The notes under the pieces were generated by a model. It did no database searches. It was not told where the DNA came from and worked only from the letters and a program-made list of their open reading frames with translations. Shown piece after piece: positions 1 through 12,740 of a stretch of 64,000 nucleotides of DNA. Numbering within the stretch: the first letter of the stretch is position 1; each line of letters begins with the position of its first letter. The position numbers and the translations under genes are program-made. Origin of the DNA: Amoebophrya sp. A120. Taxonomy: Eukaryota; Protista; Dinoflagellata. Location: NCBI GenBank assembly GCA_905178155.1, contig CAJINV010000023.1:455610-519609 (forward strand), written 5' to 3'.

Positions 1-3000
1 TCCTCATGACCTACGCGACCTGCTATTTGCAGCAGGTGCTTGCGGACCAATTTGAAGATTACTATTCCTCGCGGAAAATAACGACTCTGATGGGGCGGCA
101 GGAGCAAAATAGCACTTATCAAATGTAAAAATGTCTGGGTCTGGAACAAAGCAACTTGTCATGCTAAATCTCAATCACGTACAAGTCTGTGTTGCATGAT
201 TACCAAAAGCTGTCCACTTTTGACCTCATCGAGAGGCAGTTTCTCATGCAGGATAGGCATGATAGAACTCTCACGGAGTCTGTCATGCTATGCCCTACAT
301 ACCAGACCGCTTGGGTCATGGAAAACCTGCAGGACAAGTCTGGCAGTTTTCCAGACCCAGACATTTTTACATTTGATAGCACTGGTGCAGCTGCCAGTTC
401 CTCTTCAAGAATCACCATAAAAATATCGCAAGAAAAAACTGCTTCACTGTGAGCTTGTGATGCAGAAAATGGATCGCAGAAGCGTGTGTCATGCTACACA
501 TGCAAGACAATGGATTTATTCTAGCTGTGTTTTCCCTTAGGAACTCCGCATGACAGATTTTCAGTCGTGTCATGCGTAACAAACTTGTGATGCAGATTTT
601 GCAAAATCACCACAGTGAAACTGTTTGTTCGTGGGATAAAAAATGGCCGCCGACCTCGCAGGCCTGTTTCTTTCCCTTCTACTGTATTGTGAGGAAAAAT
701 TATCCCCCCTCCCCATATCAGAGCGAAATTTCTGATGCTGGATTTGCGTACACAAATCAGCCTTGTCATCTTGCAGTAGAGGACTGCAGGCCCATGGCAA
801 AAGTCTATCGCGGAGAGGTTTTATTTAGCCTAGGCGGTCAGCATGACAAAAGTCTATGCCGTAGGCCCAACAGCATCACAAACCGCTGGCATAATGCGGG
901 AAGTCTTCTGGGTTTGCCTCCTTGCAGCAAAACAGAGACGAAGATTTGTGACCACAAATAAGCATCACAAATTTCCAAAAATGTACCTTTTCAATATGGG
1001 GCAGGGGGATTTATTTTCCTCGCAATACACTGCACGTTGCCTTCTTTGAGGGGGTATCAAATGTAAAAATGTCTGGGTCTGGAAGAATGCAACTTGTGGT
1101 GCTGAATTTGGATTCCAAAAAAATCTGTGTTGCATGAGCAGCAAAGGGAGTGCAATTTTTGCTACGCGGAGAGGGCATTTGTCATGCGGAATAGGCATCG
1201 CGAAGCCCTCAAAAAGTCTGTGATGCTAGGGCATGCATCACAGACATCGTGGCCCATGCAAAACGTGCATGACAAGTTTCAGAATCTTCCAGACCCAGAC
1301 ATTTTTACATTTGATAGGGGGGAGTGTGTGATCTGGCGTTGTTTTGGAGCCGGGAATATCCTGTGCAAAAGTATAATCTGATACTCGTAGTAATTGTAGG
1401 GATGCATGACAAATCTTTTTCTTTAGGTAAATCCGCATTACAAATTTCATTTGTCATGCGGAGGAAATTTGTCATGCATTTATACGAGTTGTATCGGACA
1501 CTTTTGCAATGCATAGGGAACTCTCTTGGAGGTTTCAGGCAGACAAGTATTCCGCCTGGCAGGGCATTTTTTGCGCGATCTTTCTGGAATCAGTGACCAA
1601 CCTGATTCTGCAGTGGGGAGATATGGGGAGAAAAAAGTTTGTCACAGTCACTAACTTGGAAACAACTTGGAACTTTTGCATTACAAATTTTTAGCATCAC
1701 AGGTTTTCCTTGTATTGCAAAAACACGGAGTGAAATCCCGTGTGCAGTTTGGCTGTGATGCATGTTTACGCATGACAGGCATTTTTTTGTATTGCAAAAA
1801 TGCCCATGAGTGATCGTGACGAACTTTTTTCTTTTGATAGGAGATCCCGAGGTGGTCGGAACTGCCACCGAGGATGAGCTGCTGGTATCATATCCTGTGC
1901 AAAAGTATCGTATTCGTATAAATGCATTACAAATTTCCTCAGCATGAGAAATGAAATTTGTAATGCAGATTTGCCTTGGGAACAAGATTTGTCTTGCAAG
2001 ACTTGCATTTATACGAGTACGATACTTTTGCACAGGATATATCAGGTCCTCGTGCCATAGGGAGTAGCAGTGAAATAATTATTATGACAGTGCACAACTC
2101 CTCCTGCTCCCCCTCATTTGTCATGTAAAATCCCAAATCCAGTCGCTTCCCTGTAGCACCGTTTGCATGACAAATTTCGAAAGCCCAAACAGTACTAGTA
2201 CAGTTGTAGGTGCATAAATTTGTAATGCGCAAGCTCCAGGGTCTAACTATCTCTATGGCGTTTGTATTGCTGTTCATGCAATACAAATGAGGGGGAGGGG
2301 GGGGGGGTTGTGCACTGTCATAATTATCGGCAACACTGATCATCATGCTCCAACTTCTGCCACAGAAGTTCATCTTGACGATAAAAATTATCCCGGAACT
2401 ACTGCATCAAAGGCTGCGGAGCTTCCGCAAGAAGATCTCGAGATGAGTATCCTATGTAAAAACGTCCATACCCCATAGTCAAGATGGGGAATCGGCTAGA
2501 CAAATCCACACGCTTTGGCTGTTTTGCATGACAAATTTGGACTCTTAGCGTAATGCTGTTTGAGCTAGCTCAGCAGCATCACAGAGCTAATAGATCATGC
2601 AGATTGGAGCATGACAAATTGCAGAACACGACTAGAAAATGCTTCTCATGGGGCTCCGCATGAGAAACATTCTGAGCATGCAGATTTGCATTACAACTCT
2701 GCTGGGGTGGGGACGTTTTCAAATACGATATTGAGTGCAGCTACGAACAACTGGGCGACTACATATCAACTGCAAAAATGTCTGGGTCTGGAAGATTCTG
2801 AGGCTTGTGATGCACGTCTTGCATGAGCCATGATGTCTGTGATGCACGCCCTAGCATCACATATTTTTTGAGGGCATCTTGATGCCTATTCCGCATGACA
2901 AATGCCCTATGCTTGTAGCAAGAATAATACTCGTTTTGCTACTCATGCAATACAGATTTTTTTGGAATCCAAATGCAGCATCACAAGTTGCATTCTTCCA

Positions 3001-5574
3001 GGAGACCCAGACACTTTTGCAATCCATACTACATCATTGGTGACCACCCCGCCGGGCACGAGCGCTACCGCTAGCGCGTCGCACGAGAAGCGGCGTATCA
3101 AAAGCAAAAATGTCTGGGTCTGGAAGAGTTATGCTGTTTTTGCATGACACAGGAGGTCTGGCATGGGGGCTCTAGCATCACAGGTTTCGAGAAGCTTCCG
3201 CAATGCCGAATCCGCATGACAAATCCCCCATTTTGCTAACAGAAAGTGGGCAGCCTTTGCTGCCTATGCATGAGAGAATTTTCTGTGTTCTGAAATGCGC
3301 ATCACAAGTTTGCACTCTTCCAGATATCCAGGGACGTTTGCAATTCATACGCCGAGAGGGCGAGCGACCTGGTGCCGGCCTAAAAATCCGAGGTAGAGCT
3401 ATGAAATGCATCAAATTATATGTCTGGGTCTGGGAGATTCCAAGATTTGTCATGCCAGTCTGGCATGACTCTGAACTCTGTATTGCGTAGGGCCGTCGGA
3501 AGTAGAGCTCCTCCTCTCGCCTGTCGTGCAAAAACGCTGTTTCTCATGCGGAGTACGCAACGCAGAACCACGGAAAAACTTGTCATGCTAAAAATGCTTG
3601 GCAGCGCATTACAATGCAGTCACTATTCCCTTCCTTGCATCACAAGCTTCCAGGCCCAGTGACATATTTGCAATGCATAAGAGCGGCTGCTTGTCAACGG
3701 CTACGCGTGGCCGCCTTCCGCTGTAGCCTGGCGGCTATCAAATGCAAATATGTCTGGGTCTGGAAACTTGTGATGCTGGTTGGCGAATGATTAGGGTGCC
3801 GCAATTGCCGTTCCAGCATGACAAGTTTCTGACATAGTCGGTGTAGTCTAATATCCTGCATGACAAACTGCGATTCCGTATGACAGAAAAGCGGCGCTCT
3901 TGGGTAACGTGCATGACAGACTTGAGAGTCATGCTAGCCGAGCATGACAAGTCTTGCATTCTTCCAGACCCAGACACTTTTGCATTTGATAGCGGCGGTC
4001 GGGGTGCAACTGATTCTGATCTGGTATTTTCTTTACGGGTACAATGCGAATAAGTTTGAGTACAACAAGAGACATCCCTACATTTTGATTCTGGCACTGC
4101 TGGGCTACTTGCTAGTGCGAAATTGCAGTCGCCCCTTCTGCGACCGCTTCTCCGCGTTTTTGGATTTTCTCGGCAGGAACACACTGGAGACCTACGTGCT
4201 GCAGTTTCACGTGTTGATGTGCCAGAATGTGCAGCATGTGTACCACAGAAAATAAATGCCCCCACGACCCCGAAAGTTGCAATAATTTGAGATGCGAAGT
4301 TTTCAAATGAAATAAACCTTATGTCATGCATTGCAAAACTATAAATCTTTCTGATACAGAGCCTAGTCGTATACAGCATCGCTTGCATGACAAGTGCCGC
4401 TCTTGCTGGGATCTTTTGCAACACAAAGCTTTGCTCCTCACGATAGAAAACCTTTGATGCTGATACATGCAAGAGGGCGAGTGTTTCCCTTGGAAAGGTT
4501 TGCAATACAAACGCTCCCAAGCTCTGGGATCGTGGGGGCATTTTCCCTCCCAATAATGTGCTCGTCGTGTTTCCCCAGGCTGATGTCACTTCCGAGAATT
4601 ATGATCCGCTCGCGCAGCTTATCAAATGTAAAAATGTCTGGGTCTGGAAACTTGTGATGCTAAAATGTGCACGATGAAAACACTTCCGAACGCAGTCCGG
4701 CATGACAAATTCCCAAAACGCTTTCTCATAGGCAAGCCGCATGAGAAACTGCGTTTTTGCATGACAAAAGAGGCTGCGACTTTTGTTGGTAATGCAATAC
4801 AGATCTTCTAGGTATGGAACGCTAGCATTACAAGTTCCAACCTTCCAGACCCAGACATTTTTACAATCCATACAGCTTGGGAACACGGTTTTGGTCGCGA
4901 CCGTGTTTGTTTTTCTTGCCTCGGATATCAAATGCAAAAATGCCTGGTTCTGGAAGAGCCAAACTTGTGATGCTGCATTCGAATGCTAAAAAAACCTGTA
5001 TTGCATGACCAGCAAGAGAATTCAAATTTGGCTACGCGGAGAGGGCATTTGATGTCATGCTGGATGCGCATAGAGAAGCGTTCAAAAAATCTGTGATGCT
5101 ATGGCATACATCACAGACATCATGGATCATGGAAAACGCGCATGACAAAGTTGTGCTCTTCCAGACCCAGACATATTTGCAGTCGATATCGGAGGCCAGA
5201 AAGGCCACGGTGGTGACGCAGGAATCGTTTGGAAAGCTGATAGATCACCTACTCGGCGTATCCTGAGTAAAAACGTCCCCACCCCATAGCCAAGTTGGCA
5301 AATCTGCAACACAAATCTCCAAGGTTTCGGAGTTGTGCATGACAACTTTCCATTTGCAGTGTAGTGCTGGTTAGCAAGGGAAGCTGCATGAGAGAGCCGC
5401 TTTCTCATCCTGTTTACAGCATTACAGATCCCAAAACACGACCGGAAATGCCTCTCGTAACGCTGCGCATTACAAATGTTCCTGTAATCGCAAATCTGCA
5501 TGACAACTCTGGGGTGGGGACGTTTTTACGCAGGGTACGGCGATCAAGCTGGCGGAAGAAAGGCCGCGGGATAA
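1..5574 (+). CDS. CASD1/Cas1p/RWA-family multi-pass O-acetyltransferase (Cas1_AcylT domain), 3' portion, split by 17 introners
   Basis: Removing introners plus one 5-bp repeat gives one open frame from base 3 to TAA 5572-5574. It contains LSWRFQADKYSAWQGIFCA (cf. RWA W.FR..LDRY...G...A) and EYNKRHPY...YLLVRN...FLGRNTLETYVLQFHVL (cf. YN..HPY...Y..LRN...LGKITLETYI.QFHIW). Start lies upstream of the window. Confidence 0.85.
117..378. mobile_element. Introner family A (representative; ~41 copies, ~225-280 bp)
   Basis: TIR TATCAAATGTAAAAATGTCTGGGTCTGGAA / TTCCAGACCCAGACATTTTTACATTTGATA, direct repeat gcact on both sides. Other starts ~1055, 2764, 3097, 3400, 3736, 4620, 4927, 8080, 8955, 9551, 9855, 10285, 10771, 11791, 12746, 13058, 13333, 16078, 18373, 18997, 19658, 20158, 24471, 26183, 27597, 27984, 28320, 28624, 28971, 31855, 33564, 34220, 35246, 42355, 45082, 50956, 52441, 53782, 54988, 55256. 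Confidence 0.95.
424..638. mobile_element. Introner family F (representative; ~10 copies, ~210-245 bp)
   Basis: TIR TAT(C/G).CAAGAAAAAAACTG / CAGTTTTTTTCTTG.ATA; others ~5577, 20742, 21209, 32183, 44794, 47318, 49718, 50003, 54733. Confidence 0.88.
685..1027. mobile_element. Introner family B (representative; ~20 copies plus variant 4241-4555, mostly ~310-345 bp)
   Basis: TIR TATnnnnnGnAAAAATCCCCCCTCCCCATAT / ATATGGGGAGGGGGATTTTTC...ATA; repeat tactg/cactg. Other starts ~6738, 7163, 11426, 15651, 16577, 21465, 24087, 25930, 34548, 42719, 43077, 45380, 48447, 51234, 51614, 52075, 52782, 53226, 54342. Confidence 0.93.
1622..1839. mobile_element. Introner family I (3 copies; others ~9278-9488, ~38239-38449)
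   Basis: Ends TATG..GAG.AAAAAG.TTGTCAC / GTGACGAACTTTTTTCT.TTGATA; repeat ggaga. Confidence 0.85.
1891..2039. mobile_element. Introner family C (representative; ~15 copies, ~150-170 bp)
   Basis: TIR TATCCTGTGCAAAAGTATCGTA(C/T)TCGTA / TACGAGTACGATACTTTTGCACAGGATA; repeat tatca. Other starts ~1357, 7823, 8474, 13634, 17274, 20481, 21824, 26493, 31670, 33369, 34000, 35018, 46414, 53591. Confidence 0.95.
2083..2322. mobile_element. Introner family G (2 copies; other 48165-48383)
   Basis: TIR TATGACAGTGCACAAC / GTTGTGCACTGTCATA; repeat attat. Confidence 0.88.
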
Positions 5575-6473
5575 GGTATGCAAGAAAAAAACTGTGTAAG
5601 TGTAACTCTGTAATGCAGAACATGCAAAAGATTTACACCTGTCATGCCAGACAGCCACGAAATCCTCTTTCCAGGTGTGTTTTCCCTTATAAGCCACGCA
5701 TGACAGGTTTTCTCTCTCATGTAGAGCAAATCTGTGATGCTGTCAGCCAAAGAAAGTTACACTAACACAGTTTTTTTCTTGGATACAAGGACGGCTTTTT
5801 CTGCTTATCCATCGTGATATTAAGTCTCTCTGTGGTCTTTTTAAAAATATTAGTTGCACCAAGAAAATAAACTACTCGACGCCGTTATTAATTTTGAAGT
5901 AGATCGGTGTTTATATGATATTTCATTTTCGATTCCTGGCATCTAGATCTAGTCTACTGATAGCTCCTTCTGAAAATAGGTGGATAGAGTGAGAAGAAGA
6001 AAGGAGATTCGAAACGCGCCGGCAAGAATCAGGACTCCATGTTGTATACTGTACTTTCTTCTGCTATCGCGATGTTGCCATGTACTATACCCGGAAGAGG
6101 AGCTATAGACCACTTCTGTGAGCAACTAGAAGTATGGATTCCAAAACCGAACGCGCAAGGACGAGATTGCAAAACCTACAAGGAATAGCTTACGACTGTT
6201 GGCTTTTGGGGAACTACGAAATGGATGAAACCTTCGGATGCTATGTGTGATCATCGGTCTTTCTTTATGGGGAAAGGTCTTTCGGATGCAAAACTTGCTG
6301 TGCGATCAGATAAAAATACTATTTCCGGAGGTGTTGACGTGGTAAATTATGGGAAAATTCTCTTCAATACTTTTTGTTCAGCGGAGGTCTTAGTGCTGGT
6401 CGGTAAGATATATTGAAAGAAAAGTGGCCAAAAAGATGTAAATTTATGCTCGTTTAAAATAAACAAAACCAAG

Positions 6474-9400
6474 ATGGTCGCTCGTGCTTGCGTCACCGGA
6501 ATTTATCTTGCCGTGAACTTCTGGTCTGCGATTTTGATAATATGGTCCGTGAAATGGGTACTGCTTGGCGGGTTTCACTGGACGGTGGCTCTCACTCTTT
6601 TACATGCGGGCACTACGGCCTTGGGCTTGCATCTGCTCTGGCGGGTGAGTTCTTCTCGAAAAAAGAACCTATCATCTCCTCTTGCGATTATTGAAGCCGG
6701 GCCTGGGCTGCACCAGAGTGCTGTACTAGTGAACAATATATCAAAATAAAAAATCCCCCCTCCCTATACTCAACAAACAAACGGAGATTTATTGTGTAGC
6801 GTGATTTGTGATCACACATCACCTCCGACTGTCACATGCTAGAAGGGAAGTAGAGATGCGGATTGTAGTGCTGGCTGGCGTAGGAAAGCCTTGCGTCTTC
6901 AACATGACAGGAAGCAACTAAAAGTAGATGAAACGGGAAACAGCATGACAAATTGCCCGCAAATGAGGTAGCGCCTGCGTCTCTTGGCCTTCTAGCAATA
7001 CATGTCGCAAATTTGTGTAGCCAAATGCAGCAGCACAAATTTCGTTTTGAATATTGGGAGGGGGGATTTTTCCTCACAGTACAATAATTACAAAAACAAG
7101 AATTCGAGCACATCAACTTCAAGATCAACCTTAGCTCCGGTGGTCGTGCCCAGAACATCATCTATCAAAAGGAAAAATCCCCCCACCCCATATCAAATGG
7201 GAAATCCGTGATGCAGGATTTGTGTACACAAATGCGCGCTGTCTTGCAATACGGCATCGCAGCCAGATCCGCAGCCTAGGGCGGCACGTTTTGGTCTAGT
7301 TGCTTAGCATTACAAACGGCTGGTCTCTGGGCCCAACAGTATGCCAAACCGCTCCCATAATGGCCGGGAAGCCTCTGCATTTGTCTTCTTGCAAGACAGA
7401 CGTGACTTGTGGTCTCAAATCAGCAAGACAAATTCTCGGAAGCATGCCTTCTCGACATGGGGAGGGGGGATTTTTCCTCTCAATATCATGTTCGAGCTCT
7501 TCGTCGCTGAGCACGCCACGGCGAGGAGCTGACGAGGAGCCACGATATGGCGTTCTCAAATGTTACATTCTCAACTGTTACATGATTTGTAATGCAAAAT
7601 CACAATCAGAATCGACACGATCGAGCTGCTTCGCATGGCAAATTCTCGAAGGGCCACACAGGCTGAGAATCTTTGTCAGATCTGTCATGCAAGACGCGCA
7701 AGGTGACCCCTTTCACTTTTGCCATTCTTGCATCACAAATCAATGTAACAGTTGAGAATGTAACACTTGAGGACGCCATACATGAGTTGTAGCGGATGTT
7801 GTCGTTGTTGAACTCGGTCTCGTATGCATTGCAAAAGCATCGTACTCGTATCAATGCATTACAAATTTCCTCAGCATGAGAAATAAAATTTGTAATGCAG
7901 ATTTACGTATGAAAAAAAGATTTGTAATGCATGGGATTACTACGAGTGCGATACTTTTGCGGTTCATATCTCGGTAAAAATGAGGCGGAGTTCATCAACA
8001 CACAGCCCTCTTGGGCGGGGCTGGAAAAAGAGGAAAAGGACCACCTTCGTGAACATCAAATTGGAGATCCACTTCATCTATCGAGTGCAAAAATCTCTGG
8101 GTCTGGAAGAGTGAGAGGTTTGTCATGCCTTATTTGCATGACCCCTGATGCCCGTAACGCATGGTCCAGCATCACAGATTTTTAGAGGACTTCCTGATGC
8201 CTGTTACGCATGAGAAATGCCTTCCCCACGTGGTACAATAAAGTGGACTCCTCTTCTTGGTTGCTGGTCATGCAGTACAAATTTTTTTAGAATCGAAAGA
8301 CAGCATCACAAGTTTGCATCCTCCCCGACCCGGACACTTTTGCATTTGATATCATCATGACGGCCAGAAAGCTGCAGCAGTTCGAGTGGTAGAAGATGAC
8401 GAGCAGGCCGCCGCCGGGGCAGAAGCAGATCCTCAGACGGCCGCGGTGGAGGAGCTGGACGAGGACCTCCGCTATGAACCGCAAATAAGCATCGTACTAG
8501 TATAAATTGCATTACAAATTTCCTCAGCATGAGAAATGAAATTTGCAATGCGGATTTAACTTGAAAAAAACATTTGTAATGTATGACTGCAATACGAGTG
8601 CGATTATACTTTTGCACAGGACCTCCGCCGAAGTTGTGCAACTACATGCGAAGATGGTTACGATCAACATCTCGACCGCCTGCGACTGATCGATAAGGAG
8701 ACCACGACGAGGCGCGACCACGACAAGGAACAACAGGAATTCTTGCATAAGTTCCACGGAGGTATTAAAGGCGTAAAAAGCCTCTCCAAGAACGAGGACG
8801 CCGACGGCGCGGGAGCAGCGTCCTCACGGGAGCTGCTGACTCCCCGGTGGGTCACCGACTTAACCTTTGCCGAGGCAAAGAAGCTATTCGCTTTGTCTCT
8901 CACCTACAGTTTTGGCATTCTGGTGAACAACAACTCTTTGCGGTACAATGCGGTTATGGATTGCAAATATCCCCGGATGTCTGGAAGGCTGCAACTTGTA
9001 ATGCTGTCTCTGGATTCTAAAAAAATTTGTACTGCGTGACCAGCAAGAGGACTCCAGTTTGTGCTACGCGGAAAGGGCATTTCTCATGCGGTAGAGGCAT
9101 CACAAAGTCGTCTAAAAATCTGTGATGCTAGGGGACACATGCATCACAGACAGCAAGGGTCATGGAATAAACTATGCGTGACAATAAATCTAGAAATATC
9201 TTCCCGACCCAGACATTTTTGCATTGGATAGTGGTCAGCATGTTCCAACTCTTAAAGGTGCTGATCACCCCGGTGATATGAAGAGGAAAAAGCTTGTCAC
9301 AGTCACGAAGTTGCAGGTTTGGCATTACAATTTTTTTCAGCATCACAACTTCTCCTTCTATTGCAGAAACACGAGGGATGAAATCCCTTATGAAGTGTGG

Positions 9401-12101
9401 CAGTGATGCATTTTTACGCATGACAGACAATTTTGTATTGCAAAAATGCCCATGAGTGATTATCGTGACGAACTTTTTTCTCTTGATAGGTCACGCTGCT
9501 GTTGCAATACGTGCTGTACGGAAAAACGGTCGGCAGACAGGAGGTGTGTTATGAACTGCAAATATCCCTGGACGTCTGGAAAGGTCGAACCTGTGTTGCG
9601 TGTTTCGCATATCTAAAAAACCTGTATTGCATAAGCAGCAAATAAAGCGCCGCAGACTTTCGTTATGCAAAAGCGCAGTTTGTAATGCGTTCTGCGCATG
9701 AGAACCAAGCGTTTGAAAAATGTGCCATGCTGCACTGCACTTAAAGGCACAGTCAACCATGACCATTCAGCATTACAAGTTTCCAGACATCCAGGGTGGA
9801 TATTTGCATTTCATGTGCGTGCGTTGGCGCTGATGTGTATCGGCACCACCATTGTATCAAATGCAAAAATGTCTGGGTCTGGAAGAATGCAAGATTTGTC
9901 ATGCATATTTCTCATGACCCATGATGCCTGTAATGCATGACCTAGCATCGCAGACCTTTAGAGGGCTTCCTGATGCACCTTCCGCATGAGAAATGCCCTG
10001 TCCGTGTCGCGCAAATTGTGCCCCTCTTGCTAGTCATGCAATGCAAATTTTTTTAGAGTCCAAAAACAGCATCACAAGTTGCAACCTTCCAGACCCAGAC
10101 ATTTTTGCAATGCATACATTGCCACCGTGTACCATTTGGAGGCCAACGCGTTTGGGTTCTTCTTCGGGATGCTCGGCGTGCTTTTGTCGAGCTTGCAGCA
10201 GATCTGGAACAGCGAATACCAGAAACAGCTGAAGCTGACGCCTCCGCAGCTGACGTACACCAGCAGTTGCTTCGCCTGTCTCACTATCAAATGCAAATCT
10301 GTCTGGGTCTGGAAGAACGTAGCTTTTTGTCATGCTGTTTTTGTAGGACACTGAAGGTCTGGCATGGACGCTCTAGCATCCCAGGTTTCGAGATGAATGT
10401 TCCGCAATGTTGCCTAATCCGCATGACAAACGCCCCATTTTGGTGACAGGGATTGGGCGTCTTTTGCTGCCTATGCATGAGAGATTTGCGTGCGTTATGA
10501 AATGCGCATCACAAGTTGCATTTTTCTTCCAGACCTCCCAGAGACATTTGCAATGCATACTCATCTTGGTGCCGCTGGTGTTTCTGCTGGAAAAGGATTT
10601 GTTCCCCCGTGGTCCTCCGGGGGCTGGAGAAGTTCTACTTGAAGAGGAAGCGTCATCTTCTTCTTCTGTTCCGCCAACAACTAAAGTACTTTTCTCCCCA
10701 CCTTCCTGGGCAAGTCCAGGCTTGGTGTTTTGGCTCTGCGTATCCTGCGTGGTTGCGTGCGTTGTTAGCATATCAAATGTAAAAATGTCTGGGTCTGGAA
10801 GAATGCATGTTTGTCATGCTTGTCTGGCATAACTCTGAAATCTGTCAGGCACGTTACCCAAGAGCTCCACTTTTCTGTGATGCAGAAACGTAGTTTGTTA
10901 TGCAGAATAGGCAACACCTAGAAGCTCAGAAACTTGTCATGCTGAGCCAGCATTTGTGGCCTCATCATGAGACGCCACCCAGCATCACAAGTTTCCAGAC
11001 CCAGACATTTTTACATTTGATATAGCACCAGTGCCGCGGGCGTGTTGGGCCACACGAGCCCGCTGACGTACCAAGTAATGGCCAGGATGTATCCTGAGTA
11101 AAAACGTCCCCACACCAGAGTTGTCATGCAGATTTGCCATGACAGGAACAGTTGTGATGCGCAACCCCATGACAGGCATTTTCAATCGTGTTTGGGAACT
11201 TGTGATGCTGTAAACAGGATCAGAGGGTCGATTTGTGATGCGGCTTTCCTTGCTAACTTGCACTACCTTACGGACTGAAACTTGTCACGCGTGACTCCTA
11301 AAACTCCGAGGTTTGTGTTGCAAAATCCCCAGCTTGACTCTGGTGTGGGGACGTTTTTAATCAGGATAGGACGAAGGCGGTGTTTATCGTCATGTCGGGC
11401 TATTTGGTTTTCAATGAAGAGCCGATATCAAAATGAAAAATCCCCCCTCCCCATATTGAAAAGCTATGTTTATTCCGAAAATTTGTGTTGCTGATTTGAG
11501 GTCACAAATCACACGCGTCTTGCATAGAGGACAAGTGCAGATGCTTCCGCCGCATTATAGAAAAGCGGTTTGTCATGCTGTCGAGCTTAAAGGAGAGCCG
11601 TTTGCCATGCTGAACAACTAGACCCATACGCCCCTTCTGCCTAGCCTGGGGATCTGGCCGCAATGCCTTCCTGCAATACAAAGCTGATTCGTGTACACAA
11701 ATCCAGCGTCAGAAATTTCGTTTTGATATGGGGAGGGGGGATTTTTCCTTGCAATAGCCGACCTTTCGTAGCTCCATCGGCATCTGCGTGTATCAAATGT
11801 AAAAATGTCTGGGTCTGGAAGAGTCCAAACTTGTGATGCGCATTTCAGAACACAGAAAGTTCTCTCATGCATAGGCAGCAAAAGCTGCCGACTTTCTGCC
11901 ACCAAAGTGGGTGATTTCTCATGCGGGTTCGGCATTGCGGAAGCTTCTCGAAACCTGTGATGCTAGAGCTTCCATGCCAGACCTTCCGTGTTATGCAAAA
12001 ACAGCATGACTCTTCCAGACCCAGACATTTTTACAGTTGATAGCGTGACAGCGATTGCCATTGTGTGGTACACGAAGCTGAAGCTTGCCGCCTATAACTG
12101 A
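6474..12101 (+). CDS. Nucleotide-sugar transporter, TPT/SLC35E3 clade (plant UXT/URGT-like), 15 introners
   Basis: Reconstructed frame: MVARAC..VNFWSAILIIWSVKWVLLGGFHWTVALTLLH, NNNSLRYNAVSMFQLLKVLITP, SSLQQIWNSEYQKQL, VLGHTSPLTYQVMARMKAVFIV..GYLVF, AIVWYT, TGA 12099-12101. Motifs follow the order of SLC35E3/URGT proteins. Substrate cannot be assigned from motifs alone. Confidence 0.85.
7546..7780. mobile_element. Introner family E (representative; 4 copies)
   Basis: TIR TATGGCGTTCTCAAATGTTACATTCTCAACTGTTACA / TGTAACAGTTGAGAATGTAACA.TTGAG.ACGCCATA; others ~19461, 29292, 45797. Confidence 0.9.
11090..11368. mobile_element. Introner family D (representative; ~11 copies, ~280 bp)
   Basis: TIR TATCCTGAGTAAAAACGTCCCCAC / GTGGGGACGTTTTTA.TCAGGATA; repeat ggatg/ggacg. 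Other starts ~2448, 5259, 17988, 18685, 25581, 32691, 46593, 46967, 47692, 50276. Confidence 0.93.
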
Positions 12102-12740
12102 GTTGATATAATAAACCATTGCTGATGTTGTTGGTACAGGACGAGGCAGCTGATGGCACTATTTTTACACAGAGCCCCGTGCAGCTGCTGCCCTCGCGAG
12201 ACGAGTTGTATGATAAAACATCTACACTTCCAAAAAAAATGTAAATTTTGTTTTTCTATTATTTCCGTGGACACATGCGTTTTACAATTTGTTCTCGCGT
12301 ATTGTTCTACAATCGCTATGGTGAAGGTTGTCTGATCGTTATAAAAAATTTGTTTTGCTACTATAATAAATGTTGAAGATGATGAACTTTGACAACTCTA
12401 GCGGTCGTTCTTGCTGATGTCGATATAAGTCTAAGATGTTGGATCAGGAGTCGAAAGAGGAACCCTATCGAGTTAGCTAAGATGGACGTTGTAAACAAGA
12501 CAAGAAATGGATCGGTGGACGAGGAAATCGAAAGAGATCTTCGTATGCAAGAAGTGCGAAGCTGCACGAGGAACAGCACGACCCGGTTGTTTCCGCTCGT
12601 GGTCCACCTTTGATAGCTCTAGCTCTTGCACCAGTTGTTGGGAAGAACAACAGCTAGAGGAACAACCTTCGTCTAGTACCCTTTCTCGTCGTGGCGCTTC
12701 CAAATAAAACGGCGGAGACGACTTGACGTTCCTGGGGACG

